Source: Eledone cirrhosa
Taxonomy: Eukaryota
Direction: 5' to 3'
Length of the DNA: 64,000 nucleotides
Assembly: GCA_964016885.1 (NCBI GenBank)
Contig: OZ024741.1
Coordinates: forward strand, 166,904,001 to 166,968,000
The notes below the pieces were generated by a model. It ran no database searches and was not told the DNA's origin. It was given only the letters and a program-made list of their open reading frames with translations. Every line of letters starts with the position of its first letter. Within the stretch, counting starts at the first letter, position 1. Below are positions 29,169-44,860 of this stretch, piece after piece. The position numbers were made by a program, and so were the translations under genes.

Positions 29169-29709
29169 ACGTACGTGTACGTATGTGTACGTGTATATAT
29201 ATATATATATATATATGTGTGTATATTCGAGCGTATATGTATGTGTATAGATATATAAGTATATACATATATATTTGTTTATATTATATGCATAAGTTTA
29301 ATATAGCAATAGCTTCTACAATACTAGAACTGTCTCATTCAAAAGAAATCATCAGGAAAGCCGGACACACATATATATATAAATATATGCAGGCATACAA
29401 TCGACGAATTGGCAGAGTCGTTAGAACGCCGGATAGAGTGATTTGGCAGTATTTGTTACGTCATTCTGCTCTCTGAGATCAAATCTTTCCGATATCACCT
29501 TTTCTTTTCATCATTTCGAGGTCGATAAAAAGTATCATTCAAGTAGTGGGTTCGATTCTTCCTCAATATCTCTTTCACACTCCCTTTCTTTCACTTTTGA
29601 CCATCCTCATGTTTAAAATGCCCAAGAAACGCCGTATGCCGCAACGGCGCTTCAACGACTCCATCAGGAGTTACGATACCATACTATACCATACTATACT
29701 ATATATATA

Positions 29710-29863
29710 TGTCCTGCGTCTCCAACAGACCAGTGTCTGTCCTTAGGGCATCAACATACGTTAACCATGGTCTTCCTCTACTAGTGTGGACATGGCAGCA
29801 GCGATAATGAGGGACAGAGACCGCTGGAGAGAACTCGTCCATGGATCTCGGGAATTTTACCCG

Positions 29864-29868
<5 letters not shown>
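29710..29868. mobile_element. Short RTE insertion with a 5' inversion
   Basis: 29710-29788 is antisense and 29789-29868 is sense relative to the same RTE seen at 59428-59662. Confidence 0.8.
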
Positions 29869-29902
<34 letters not shown>

Positions 29903-30273
29903 TAGATATAGATATAGATAGGTAAATATACACGGGTGTGTATGATTGTGTATAGAAGATTATATTAATAAGAGGAATTCCAACTTTGTCTGATTTACTC
30001 GTTTTATTTACAATCCTTTAAAATATATATAATGGTATTATAATGAAATATATATATATATATGCAAACATACATACATACTTACAGGCGTGTGTTTTTG
30101 TCATGTTCATATTTATATATAATTAATTGTTTCTATTTCAGGCACAAGGCGAGCAATTACCCAGTGCATTACTGGTACTTTATGTTATTTATATTTATAT
30201 ATAATTAATGATTTAACATAAGTAATGACTTCTAGAAATGTTGACTAAATCAATGACTTGTCTATATTTGCAG

Positions 30274-30420
30274 AAGTAAGAGAGGTGTTCGACTTGTTCG
30301 ATTTCTGGGATGGTCGTGATGGAGATGTGGATGCTTACAAAGTGGGAGATCTGCTCCGGTGTCTGGGGATGAACCCAACAAATGCACAGATTCACAAGCA
30401 CGGTGGTACCAAGAAGATGG
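30274..30420 (+). CDS. Myosin essential light chain gene 1, exon 3 (EVREVFDLFDFWDGRDGDVDAYKVGDLLRCLGMNPTNAQIHKHGGTKKM)
   Basis: ttgcag acceptor, gtcagt donor, 147 bp. DFWDGRDG is the molluscan ELC EF-hand I Ca2+-binding loop. Confidence 0.97.
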
Positions 30421-30551
30421 GTCAGTATAACATTATCAGTTATATCTATCTATCATGTATATGATATACATAATATATATATGATATATATATATATATA
30501 TATATATATTGAATATATATGTCATACATGATATATGTATATATTATATAT

Positions 30552-30607
<56 letters not shown>

Positions 30608-31106
30608 TCTATATATTATATATGATATACATTATATATATATATTATATATATATATATGATACACATAAACTTTATAATATCATTATATATATATAAT
30701 ATACATTATATATATTAAATATATTTAATATACATGATATGTATATTAAATATATATGATATACATAATATATACATTATATATATGAGATACATGATAT
30801 ATACATTATATATATATGATATACATGATATATATATAATATACATGATATATACATTATATATATATGATATACATGATATATATATAATATACATGAT
30901 ATATATATAATATACATGATATATACATTATATATATATGATATACATGATATATATTATATATATATATGTTAAACATGATATATATATATATGATATA
31001 CATGATATATATATATATATAATATACATATGATATATATTATATACATATATATGATATACATGATATATATATATATTATATATCTATGATATACTTG
31101 ATATAT

Positions 31107-31153
<47 letters not shown>

Positions 31154-31257
31154 AGTATATATATATGTACATATATATGTGTATATATATATATGTATCT
31201 GTATATAAATATATATATGTACATATATATGTGTATATATATATATATATGTATCTG

Positions 31258-31347
<90 letters not shown>

Positions 31348-31819
31348 GTAAAACATATCAAGTATATATATATATATATATATATAAATACATATGCACA
31401 TATATAAAAAGTGAACACACACATACATGTTCAAGTACAATAAACTGATGTTTGAGCCTTAGCAATCTATAGATATCACTTAGCAATCTATAGATATCAC
31501 TTAGCAAGCTATAGATATCACCCACCGCAGCCACAATGGATATTACTTGATAGATATCAGTCAGATGTATTCTTCTGAAGTTAATATTCATTATAATGTA
31601 GGTTGCATCATGTTTAAGATTTCAATTATTTCTTCGGTTACGTTCCATATTTGAACTTGTTTAAATCATAACACTTAAACCTGTTTTATTCTGTCAACGA
31701 TCTCGATTATATCCTCGACGTCGTTTCGTAGCGATGTGTAACTCTCGAACACATGTCATGACAAACAAGCAGAATAATATTATAAATATGATTTTCATTA
31801 TTTTTCTTTTATTTGTCAG

Positions 31820-31987
31820 GTGAGAAATCTTACAAACTGGAAGAAATCTTGCCAATCTACGAAGAGGTCAGCTTGGAAAAAGATAAGGGTACAAACGCTG
31901 ACTTTATGGAGGCATTCAAAACCTTTGACAGGGAGGGTCAAGGTTTCATCTCATCGGCAGAAATGAGAAACGTACTTATGTCATTGG
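31820..31987 (+). CDS. Myosin essential light chain gene 1, exon 4 (GEKSYKLEEILPIYEE...FMEAFKTFDREGQGFISSAEMRNVLMSL)
   Basis: tgtcag acceptor, gtaagt donor, 168 bp; EF-hand III motif FKTFDREGQGFIS. Confidence 0.97.
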
Positions 31988-32043
31988 GTAAGTACATGAA
32001 CACGTGTCTACGTGTATGTCTGTGGGTGCATATATATTTGTAG

Positions 32044-32086
<43 letters not shown>

Positions 32087-32297
32087 TGTGTGTGTATATA
32101 TATGTGTGTGTGTATCTGAAAACACAGATACATAGACACATATACACACACACATACACACACACACATATATATACATGATACATACACCCACACACAT
32201 ATATATTCATGTATATATATATATATGTATATGTTCATGTATATATATATATATACATGAATATATATATATACATGAATATATATATATATATACA

Positions 32298-32380
<83 letters not shown>

Positions 32381-32400
32381 GAATATATATATATATATTC

Positions 32401-32512
<112 letters not shown>

Positions 32513-32514
32513 GA

Positions 32515-32602
<88 letters not shown>

Positions 32603-33449
32603 GGACGGCGATGTGCAATCGAGTGTGTATGTTTGGCATGTCTTAACTATGTATTTCCTATCCAATAATGATTATTATTTCTACAATTGACACAAGGCCA
32701 ACAATTTCTTTTTTGTGTGTAGTGGTGGGGAGTTAAAAGTCGGTTATATAGACAAAAATAATTTCTTTTATTGGTCACAAAATATCAGTATTGTTAATAA
32801 TGTTAGACTGCGGAAGAAGGCGAAATTTCACAAACAAATTTGCTGCTCAGCTCTCTAGAGTCAATGAAGTAATGCACCAGCTGGATACGATATATTCGTT
32901 TGTTCCTTCTCGCAAACCTTTGGTCATATGCTTATGTTAGACGTCTCCCCTGCCTCCCATCCACCAAATTGCTGACCTTGTGTCTAAATTAGACACAGTT
33001 AAGTAGTAAAATTTACATGAAACCCTGAAAATCTGGTTAGGATTATTTTAAGAAAGCCGGCACAATACATGTTAGTAATACTCGAATTTAGTGATGATGG
33101 GGTTGATGAATTCTACTCGACTGTCATTACCGTGATGATGTTGATGATGATGACGATGATTATCGAAGACAATGAGGAGGTAGTAACTTTAGTGGTCAAG
33201 GTGACCGTGGCATTTTGGAGATTTTTCCACGGGTATCCCTCGGAAGTCTCCCCTACACCGGATTTGGGATTTTTCTTTGAATTGTTTTGTTATCCATTTT
33301 GTTTTCGTTTTTTCTCATTTTTCTCATTTTTCTCATTATTACAGATTTCCTTGTAAATCCACAATGTCTTGTGCTTTTTGTAATCACTTTGTGATAAATA
33401 AAAAAATCATCACGATCATTATCATTATTGTTGTTGCTGTATAAAGGAC

Positions 33450-33666
33450 GAGGGATTGGCAGTATCGAGAAGCGTCGGACAACATGCTTTGCTGCATATG
33501 GTCACGGCTCTTTACGTTCAGAGTTCAAATTCCACCAAAGTTAGCTTTGCCTTTAATCCTTACGGTATCGATAAAATAAGGTATCAGTTGCGCACTGTGT
33601 CAATTTAATCGACTTTCCCCTCCCCCAAAATTGTTGACCTTGTGCCTAAATCATAAACCATTATTA
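33450..33666 (+). mobile_element. tRNA-derived SINE in ELC intron 4
   Basis: A and B boxes plus the central domain. Confidence 0.8.
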
Positions 33667-33714
33667 TGCCATTGAAACTAATGCCATGTTTTATTTAATG
33701 GTGTATCTGTACAG

Positions 33715-33801
33715 GAGAGAAAATCAGTGACGTACAAGTAAATGATATCCTCCAATACTGTGATATCAGAGAAGACATTGACGGAAACGTCAAATATGAA
33801 G
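33715..33801 (+). CDS. Myosin essential light chain gene 1, exon 5 (GEKISDVQVNDILQYCDIREDIDGNVKYE)
   Basis: gtacag acceptor, gtacac donor, 87 bp, in frame; EDIDGNVKYE is EF-hand IV. Confidence 0.95.
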
Positions 33802-33983
33802 GTACACATCTTTTTATGTATTATTTTTCAAATTGAAACCGTGACAACCATTTTTATAGTTATTCATTTATCACACACTTTTTCTATGTCTCATTCTCTC
33901 CCTAACTCTCTCTTTCACCTGTGTGTGTATGTGTGTGTGTGTGTTTGTGTATGTGTATAGGTGCGTGCGTGTGTGTTTGTGTG

Positions 33984-34019
<36 letters not shown>

Positions 34020-34283
34020 TGTGTATGTGTGTGTGACATGCAGTATTTAGTTAGAACTCTTTACATTCTTAGTTCAAGTCCTGCCCAGATCAACTTTAAC
34101 TTTTACCGTTTGTCCATGAAATCCTACTGAGGTTGACTTAGTCTTTCATTTTCACGGATTAAGATGAATGGCTGATATATATTGGTGGTCATTCTAATTT
34201 ATTGTACTATCCCGACATACAAAAACATTTTGTAGCCTTGCACCTATGTGAGAAATAACGATAATTTTCTTTTTTCTTTTCAG

Positions 34284-34336
34284 ATTTCATTAAAAGAGTC
34301 ATGTCTGGTCCTTTCCCTGATGGTGATGGTAAATAA
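34284..34336 (+). CDS. Myosin essential light chain gene 1, exon 6 (DFIKRVMSGPFPDGDGK*)
   Basis: ttttcag acceptor, TAA stop at 34334-34336. The GPFP tail is typical of molluscan muscle ELC. The spliced CDS is 486 nt = 161 aa + stop. Confidence 0.95.
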
Positions 34337-35811
34337 CTTTAAAATATTTTGTCTCGAAAACCCAAAAAAACTACAAAAAAAAAAAACAACATTCAAAATC
34401 AACAACAACATATATTTTGAACAAAAAAGATCAAACAAAATAATAAAGTCACAGTATCCACAACCACCACCACTACCACCACCGCCGCCACTTACTATAC
34501 TACCACCACCGCTGCTGCCACTACTACTACTACTACTACTACCACCAACTCCATCTCCACTATATACGATAGTATCTATAATGTCATCTGTCTATCGTAC
34601 TGGGATTCCCTAATGTTCCAGAATGCTACAACCGAAGAGGACAACTCGTAGGTGAAAATCGCACGTTTTGTTGTTTTGATTCTGTCGTGGGAGATGGGAC
34701 AGAAGTATTTCAAGGTTTGAAGTTACAACATATCAACCTCATATATTGGCGCCGCCTCCCAACATTCAACACAACGATGCGATAAGGGAAAGCTATGGAT
34801 ATGCCACCTGGGATAAAAAGTACACCTATAACATCAACAACAAATTTTTTTGTTCATTCTCCCCCTCTTTCTTCTCCGTTTTATATCATCATATATATAT
34901 TTATATATATATATATATATAGTGAGATAGAGAGAGGGAGAAAATATTTAAAGATGTACCAATGCTGCCAATATTTCCCAGTTTAAATTTTGATTTAAGT
35001 CAGTATTTAATGTAAGACAGAAGCGATATCAGCTTTTGTCGAGAAAAATATGCCATCTTTTTATAAACATCTGACTTATATATATAAAGGAAAGAGAGTT
35101 ATTTAAAGTCTACTATAGTTGTCTTCTTCGCACAGAGTGGCTGAAATATAATAGCAACGACAGGAGTATATAATCCTTTATATACAATTGTCAACCAATA
35201 AGTGCCTTCATTATCGGATGTTTTCTCAAGGATCAAATTGTAACTACAACAACAACAAATAACAACAGTAATGATGACAACAACCGCAATAAATATAACA
35301 ATGGTAATAAAAGCAATAATAATAATATTATTTATAATAGTAATGATGATAAAATCTTGATCTGCAGCATTTTTATTGTACTTATGTCACAACAACCATC
35401 AATAGCAACACCAAATGTACTACTACAAAAAGAGCAACAAACAACGTATAACAACTTCTATAATAGCTTTCACCGTTGGTTATTTTTCATCGTGGATACA
35501 TAACGAGAATTGTTTTCTTATTATCTATTATTTATTTGTGACGTGTAAAAACAATTAAAATAAGAAAACAGGCAAGGTAAAACCGGAATTTATGAATATA
35601 AAGAAATAAAAGAAACATGGCTGCCAGAGACATGCGCAGATCACACCGGACACATTTAACAGCTCTGTTCGTTTTGATGATTGAGAGACAGAAAGTTTTT
35701 AAGACCTTTACAACAATAGAAGAAAGACCCTCTTTCTTTCGTCGAGTGAATCTATTATTGTGTTGGATTTTTTTCATTTTTTGAGTTGTTTATTTATTTT
35801 GTTGATATTTA

Positions 35812-35876
<65 letters not shown>

Positions 35877-35903
35877 CTCGTTACAACAATTTCTATACTT
35901 TTC

Positions 35904-35949
<46 letters not shown>

Positions 35950-36082
35950 CTGATTTATATTTATTACAAATGTCTTCTTGAGGCTGATTTATATTTATTA
36001 CAAATGTCTTCTTGAGACTGATTAATATATATATATATGTATATATATATATGTATATATATATATGTGTGTGTGAATGTAA

Positions 36083-36129
<47 letters not shown>

Positions 36130-36495
36130 TATATATGTATTGATATTGATATTTTCCAATTTAATGTAAATGATACGGTGCGTTGGAATTCTGGAATTTT
36201 AGCATCACGGTACAAATAATTAATTTCGAAGTCGTATTTGGTTCACTTTAATTTATTCTCTTGTTGAAAAGATTTAACCGTTTACCTCCTCTTACTTGCA
36301 CCAACCAGATATTAAATAAAAAGGTGAGAATGAAGAGAAGAAAAAAGAGTAAATCACCAGTAGAGCGATTGACTAATCTGTATTATCGATGTTTATATAG
36401 ATCGATGGAGAATACATGGTAAGGATATAAAATGCAGTGTTGAATGTTTAGACAAGGTAATTCTGAGGCTGAAAGTTATTTTTTTGTGAGTGAAT

Positions 36496-36577
<82 letters not shown>

Positions 36578-36708
36578 TGTGTGTGTGTGTGTGTTCATGT
36601 GTGTGTTTGTGGCGAATATAAGTATAGTTTGTTTGTAAGAATGAATGTGTTGAGTAGATGTGGAATATTTGGACACACACACACGCACATATATATACAT
36701 ACATATTT

Positions 36709-36836
<128 letters not shown>

Positions 36837-37010
36837 CTATATATATATAATGTTTAAGCAGAAACAACAAGGCAAATGACACAGTACAATGAACAAATAT
36901 AACATTTCATGTAGTAGGAAAAGATTCTTTATGTTTCAGACACTATTCCTTCATCAGAAGATAGAGTGAGAAATAAAAGATGAAAAAGAAAGAAAGAGTG
37001 TGAGAGGAGC

Positions 37011-37063
<53 letters not shown>

Positions 37064-37354
37064 TATTAATAATGAGTTCAAAACTCAGGCAGTCCTTTAC
37101 AATGAAATAGCTCAAAGAAAGAAGTATTTCTGAGCCGTGTAATACAAGTTAATATAAATTAATATATTTGATAAACACAAGTACCAACATATCCGTGTTT
37201 GTATTGTAAATGACTATATATATATATATATAATTGTTTCTACTTTAGGCACAAGGCCAGCAATTACCCAGTGCATTACTGGTACTTTATTTTATCGAAT
37301 GAAGCATAAGTGAGTGTATTTGAATCTTACATAATTTTATAGATTACTATGTCA

Positions 37355-37411
37355 CTGTTATATATATTTCAGTGGTATCTATTATATAATGGATACCATC
37401 ACTTCAGACAG
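37355..37411 (-). ncRNA. Hammerhead-like motif, variant core (family A-like)
   Basis: Reverse complement reads ctgt CTGAAGT ga-tggtatc...gatacca-ct GAA ATATATAT A acag. Confidence 0.5.
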
Positions 37412-37504
37412 CTATTATGTAAGCATTTGTTCAGCCTGTGATATCTCCCGGGCGGATGTTGATGTTACTACTCCAATGCCCAGCTGACATATCTGTAGTG
37501 TGCG

Positions 37505-37579
<75 letters not shown>

Positions 37580-37737
37580 AGATCAAAAGATGGTTAAAAG
37601 AGTTTTGATCTTATATTATTTATACTCCAGTCCTACAAACTGTAGAGTGCTACTTATCCGATATTTGCATTGCTTTATTGTACTACAATAAAACTCACCT
37701 CCTATATATATATATACACACACATCCACCCATCCAC

Positions 37738-37780
<43 letters not shown>

Positions 37781-37795
37781 ATGAGCGTATATGTG

Positions 37796-37826
<31 letters not shown>

Positions 37827-37965
37827 ATATATGTGTATGTGTGTGTGTGTGTATATATATATATGTGTATGTGTGTGTATATATATATGTGTATGTGTGT
37901 GTGTGTATATATGTATGTGTATGTGAGTGTGTATATAGATATGTAGGTGTGTGTGTGTGTCTATC

Positions 37966-38032
<67 letters not shown>

Positions 38033-38580
38033 ATGTGTGTGTGTATATATGTGTATGTGTGTGTGTGTATATATGTATGTGTATGTGAGTGTGTATATAG
38101 ATATGTAGGTGTGTGTGTGTGTGTGTGCGTGTATATATATATATATATGTGTGTGTGTATGCGTGTTTGTGTAAAAGACTACAACCCAGAACAGGCCAGT
38201 TGAAACATGGCGGTATAAAGCAGAGTAAAGAAAAAGTGAAAAGAAACTGGAAAAGTATAGAGACAAAAGTATAAAGAAGGTAGATGCAGTGAATATATTT
38301 ACGTCTGATAGTGAGACGTAGTCAGACACTTGGGTTAAACCAGTTTAAAATAGACTAAGAAAAGGAAAATATATGGAAAAGTGTTCGAACGATACCGATC
38401 AGGTGAGCAGATGTTTTAATTGACTACACACTCACACGCACACGCACACGCACGCATACACTCATACACAACACACATACACGCATATATGTATATATAT
38501 ATTACATATATCATTTTAATATAGATGAGATTCTACAGGACTAGAACTGTTTTATTCTTTAGAAATCAACAGGAATCCCT

Positions 38581-38629
38581 GATTCCTGATGATTTCTAAA
38601 GAATGAAACAGTTCTAGTCCTGTAGAATC
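38581..38629 (+). ncRNA. Hammerhead ribozyme motif (family C); intact inverted copy at 39093-39141 (-)
   Basis: gattc CTGATGA tttctaaagaat GAA ACAG-ttctagtc-CTGT A gaatc. GUA cleavage triplet; stem II is weak. Confidence 0.7.
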
Positions 38630-38746
38630 TCATCTATATTAAAACTTTTATACTCTGCTATGTTATTGAGTACCTTACTTACTGTGGTTACCTCCGATTC
38701 AACCCGGAATAACGTACCTATATTACATATATGTATATATATATAT

Positions 38747-38781
<35 letters not shown>

Positions 38782-38784
<3 letters not shown>

Positions 38785-38917
38785 AAAATGTATGACTCTC
38801 GACGGAAGAGCTCAAGCCGTCGGGGTCATACGTTTTCCTATTACCCACTCTACTGCCCTAAGTATTGAGTACTCTGGTGCGTTATGGTTCATCTGGTTCC
38901 TTACCACAACTCCTTCG

Positions 38918-38920
<3 letters not shown>
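38782..38920 (+). mobile_element. Family B element, internally deleted, nested between inverted family C copies
   Basis: Same tail sequence as the other copies; TA-flanked. Confidence 0.7.
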
Positions 38921-39009
<89 letters not shown>

Positions 39010-39147
39010 GTTATTCCGGGTTGAATCGGAGGTAACCACAGTAAGTAAGGTACTCAATACATAGCAGAGTATAAAAGTTTTAATATAGATGAGATTCTAC
39101 AGGACTAGAACTGTTTCATTCTTTAGAAATCATCAGGAATCTATATG

Positions 39148-39182
<35 letters not shown>

Positions 39183-39808
39183 CTGTATGTGTGAGTGTAT
39201 ATATGTGTGTGTATGTGTGTGAGTGTATATATGTGTGTGTATGTCTGTGTGTGTATGTGTGTGAGTGTATATATATGTGTGTGTATGTGCGTGAGTGTAT
39301 ATATGTTTGTGTGTGTATATGCGTGAGTGTATATATATATGTCTGTGTATGTGTGTGAGTGTATATATATATATATATGTGTGTGTGTAAGTGTGTAAGT
39401 GTATATATATATATGTGTGTGTGTGTATATATATATACGAATATGTATATACGTGTGTGTATATATATATGTGTGTATATATATGTGTGTGTATATATAT
39501 ATGTGTGTATATATATATGCCTGTGTATATGTGTATATATATATATATGTGTGCAGATGTATATATGTGTGCATATGTATATATGTGTGCATATGTATAT
39601 ATGTGTGCAGATGTATATATGCGTGTATATGTATGTATATACATGTATGTCTATATATTTGTATATATATATATATGTATATGTATGTATTTATAAATGT
39701 ATGTATTTATATATATTTATAAATGTATGTAATTATATATATTTGTATATATATATGTATGTATATATATATGTATATATATATGTGTATATATATATAT
39801 ATATACAT

Positions 39809-39879
<71 letters not shown>

Positions 39880-39914
39880 AATATATATATGTGTATATAT
39901 ATATATATATACAT

Positions 39915-39993
<79 letters not shown>

Positions 39994-41250
39994 TATATAT
40001 ATATAGATATATACAGATATATATATATATACAAATATATATATATATATATATACAAATATATATATATATATACAAATATATATATATATACAAATAT
40101 ATATATATATACAGATATATATATATATATACAAATATATATATATATATATATACAAATATATATATATATATATATACAAATATATATATACATATAT
40201 ATACAAATATATATACATATATTTATACACATATATATATGTATACATATGTGTAAAATATATATAGATATACACATACATATGTATATGTAAATACGTA
40301 TAACATCAGAAAAAACACACTGAAAACATCACACAAAACAAAGAAAAACGTTTTCTTGGTATGTTTCCCAAAACAAATTAATTTCGATACTGTGTAACTA
40401 TTCTCAACTTTTTGCAAGGCACAGCACACTTATACACAAGACAATCTAACCGTGTCTATCCTGCCTTTTGGAGGTGTATCTAGGACTGTATTAGTTTACG
40501 TGAGGAAGGTTTCGTTGACAATCTTAGTATGGCGGTTGACCACGTAGAAGCTCCATCCAAAGTAGTAAGTACCAGTAAAATACTGGTGTCGCTACAATAA
40601 ATTAACACCCAAAATTGCTTGAGCTTGTGGCTTACGTTAAAAATTACAACCAGGACCGCCAAATCGCTAAAGACTGTCTTTGGATTCATCGGCAGCAGAT
40701 TTTTGTTAAACCTCTTCTGAAGTGCGGTTAAGTTTCATATGTTGGATTATAAAATTACTTTTCACTTGGAATTAACAGAAAATGCCCGATTCTCATGATA
40801 ATTTGACAGTGCAAATGAAAGTTTGCAAACAACTCAAGCGCTCAAGAAGTATCTGTCATCGTAATTTAACGTCCGTTTTCCATCCTAGGAAAGGTTAGCC
40901 AGAACCATTGACGTTCTGGATGAACAGAACTCTACATGGTATACAGGGTACAATTAATCATAACACCAACGCTAGAAAGATTATGAAGTATTTGATAATT
41001 AAAGGTTCAACGAAGAAGTAAAACAGATTACATTATTGATACCTAACTACTGAGTCACTTTCTTGGATCCGACTATAGCGTCTGTGTTTTCAAAAACAAA
41101 TTTGTCCAGAAATTTGTCAGAAATTTAACCCATGATGGTGTCATTCTTTATAAAGGCTTAAATCTTCACTATTATAAGGCAGTAGAAATATATGAAGTTA
41201 TAATGCTCATGTCAACCAATAATGACATGGAAGCAATGTAGTGATTCAAA

Positions 41251-41711
41251 CTAGGAATTGAAAGGATGGTGAGTTCTTGGGTTAGCGAGAGATATATATC
41301 ACAGTATAGCCTAGGAATTGAACATGATGTATAGTTGGGTTAGAGAGGGATATTTACTACAGCATAGCCTAGGAATTGAACATAATGTATACTTGGGTTA
41401 GCGAGAGATTTGTACCACAGAATATCCTAGGAATTGAATATGATATATACTTGGGCTAGCAAGAGATTCGTACCACAGTATAGCCTAGGAATTGAACATA
41501 ATGTATACTTGGTTAGTGAGAGATATGTACCACAGTATAGCCTAGGAATTGAATATGATATATACTTGGGCTAGCAAGAGATTCGTACCACAGTATAGCC
41601 TAGGAATTGAACATAATGTATACTTGGTTAGCGAGAGATATGTACCACAGAATATCCTAGGAATTGAACACGATGTATACTTGGGTTAGCGAGAGATATG
41701 TACCACAGTAT
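41251..41711. repeat. Minisatellite, about 58 bp x 8
   Basis: ctaggaattga at 41251, 41311, 41369, 41427, 41485, 41542, 41600, 41657. Confidence 0.95.
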
Positions 41712-42218
41712 GGTTACCAACACAGTAATTTCTAGCATTGGCGTAAACCATAAATCTTGAGGAAGGAGTCAATCGATTATACTTGATGAGTACTTTATGT
41801 TATCGACCTCTGAAGAACGAAGTAAACGGCAGGATTTGAATTCAGAAGGTAAAGAGCCGAACATTTACTTCGAGACATTATATCCCACAGTTTAATGATT
41901 CAGCTGACCTACCACCCCAAAGGTAACTAATAATTCCATGTATTGCAAACACACACAACACATATATTAGAGTATTAGAGTATTAGAGGCACTCCGTCGG
42001 TTACGACGATGAGTGTTCCAGTCCAGTCGATATGATCAACGGAACAGTCTGCTCGTGGAATTAACGCGCAAGTGGCCGAGCGTTCTACAGACACGCGTAC
42101 CCTTAACTAATAGTTCTCCGGGAGATTCAGCGTGACACAGAGTGTGGCAAGACTGGCCATTCTAACTACAGGTACAACTCACTTTTGCCAGCTGAGTGGA
42201 CAAGAACACACAGACACA

Positions 42219-42362
<144 letters not shown>

Positions 42363-43318
42363 AATGTGGGAGTGTGCATGTGTATGTTCATTTCATAATT
42401 AAATAACAAAAAATATTATATCAAACCAAAGAAACAGACAAGTTTAGTGATACAAGACCAACGAATGAAACAGCAGCAATAATCTTCTTGAAATCCCACA
42501 CTGCTATCTTAAAACTGAAGGATACACTGAATAATATAGTCCGAGATACAAATGTCTGAATAAATGGCGGTATAATCCTGACTAGGACACCATTTGATCA
42601 CAAGTCTGTTGAATTAAAGCTCACTTAGGGTTAAACACCCCAATCACCACACACAGTAGCGGACACGACATTAGTTCGCTGACTTCTAGATTTCGAAGAA
42701 AAGACTACATGCATACATACATGATGGCTTCCCCCTCGTTATCGAGTATGGCCATTGCATGATATAACATTATTAATAATTATTAATTAATTCTATCGTG
42801 CAATGCCTGTGCGTGAAGATATTTTTTAAAGTGAGGAAAGACTGTGTACTGAGCCAATCCCACTCTCTGAGCGACAGTAGCTATAACCCGAACAGAAGAA
42901 AAGATCAACATCATCGGTAACTATTGAGCCGCAGGTTTTATATCGGAGTTATCCCAGTTTCCTGAGTTGTCTTCTCCTAGAAGAATGCCCTGACAAAGGC
43001 TAGGGGTCCTTCATTCCCAGTGGTTTAACCGCGCGGTACATGTGTATATACATATTTACACACTTTGGGATGGCCGTTGACTCTTATGAGTTCTTCCGCC
43101 TTTTGTAAGGTTTTGTTTTTTGTCCTGCAGGGTGTCCAAAATCCTCCTCCTCACCAAGTAAACTTGGTGGGGTTGTCAATTTAGTCGCCGATGACCCGAC
43201 CATGCGACAGGTTGTACTGGCTTACATGTTACCAGCAGAATTCAAGAGTGACCCGACATACATACATATATATAATACATAAATACATACATACATACAT
43301 AGATACATAGATACATAA

Positions 43319-43386
<68 letters not shown>

Positions 43387-43393
43387 ATATACG

Positions 43394-43453
<60 letters not shown>

Positions 43454-43707
43454 TGAAATCTGAACACACGTAACAAGAGCAGACAGTAGAAAACACGAAC
43501 GAAACCCTTTATCATCAGCTGTCTGCTGTAGATCATCATAATTTGGGTGTATAAAAAATGATACCATTCACTCCAGGGGTTGCAACACAACAACACCGAC
43601 GACAGCATATGGTTAAATACAATATAGTATAAGTTCACATGAAAAAATATGTGTAAAGTATGCTCCAAACTAAAAAAACAATATGATTATAACATAGATT
43701 AGGTGTG

Positions 43708-43774
<67 letters not shown>

Positions 43775-43857
43775 AAAGGTAAACAGAAATAACAACACGA
43801 TCCGTACAGTATATGGAAGGTATATATTAGGTTAACGCTTGATATAGAAGGAAGGTG

Positions 43858-43895
43858 TTCTTAACGTTTCGGACGCTAGTCCTTCATCAGAAGAA
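43858..43895 (-). ncRNA. Minimal hammerhead ribozyme motif (family E); degenerate relative at about 36926-36960 (-)
   Basis: Reverse complement reads ttctt CTGATGA a-ggac-tagc-gtcc GAA ACGT T aagaa. This is the minimal form with a palindromic ACGT stem III. Confidence 0.75.
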
Positions 43896-43999
43896 AGAAA
43901 GAATGAGAAATAAAATAGATTGTGGGGACGAGCGGGATGGAATTGGAAAAAAATGTCTTTAGATAAAAATAACAGGTCCATTCATATTGACATCTCTTG

Positions 44000-44064
<65 letters not shown>

Positions 44065-44218
44065 GAAGTTGTAGACACAGTAGAGCAGACACCAATCGCC
44101 CAGAGTAAACAGAAAGTTAAGAAAGTGTGACACCATGAATAAAACGACCAAGTGTATGTGGTCAGGTCATCATTTATGACAACAACGATAAATACAAAGA
44201 GGTAGGAGACTCTTCATG

Positions 44219-44261
<43 letters not shown>

Positions 44262-44388
44262 TAAATCTACCAAAATGTACGGTATTGTCCAATCCGTATG
44301 AAGAACTCAATGTAATCCGAATATCATGAAAAGAGAAGATGTATTCAACATTTTTTTTCGATGAAAAACACAGGAAAACAGAGTCAAG

Positions 44389-44860
44389 ATAAATTAATAA
44401 AAATAATGAATAAAAACAAAGAAACAGTTCCTTATATTAAAAAATTCATCATTTTACGATCGTTTCTAGGATATATATGTGTGTGTTGGTATGTATATCA
44501 TATAGATCTATGTAAAAATTTTACAAACTATCAGAGGGAATATACATACCTACACATATATATGCTGTCTTCAGAAATAATGATACTACCTTTCTATTGG
44601 TCAATTCAAAACCTGTTCCCAAACAGACCTATTATATTAAATCTTCGTTGGTTTTTTTCAATAAACAAATATCATTATTTCTGAAGACAGCATGTATATG
44701 TGTAGGTATGTATATTCCCTCTGATAGTTTGTAAAATGTTTACATAGATCTATATGATATACATACCAACACACACATATATATCCTAGAAACGATCGTA
44801 AAATGATGAATTTTTTAATATAAGGAACTGTTTCTTTGTTTTTATTCATTATTTTTATTA

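Noticed and set aside
29310-29361. Family C hammerhead copy on - in ELC intron 2
   Set aside because: Core is GAGA, stem III is mismatched and it is antisense to the gene; treated as a decayed copy.
40480-40689. 69-aa minus-strand ORF in non-repetitive sequence
   Set aside because: No recognisable homology or clear splice signals.
41251-41711. Possible CRISPR-like repeat-spacer array
   Set aside because: The whole 58-bp unit is repeated with no unique spacers; eukaryotic context, no cas genes.
43482-43523. Minus-strand gacag-CTGATGA...ctgtc hammerhead candidate
   Set aside because: No GAAA core or stem II/III could be found.
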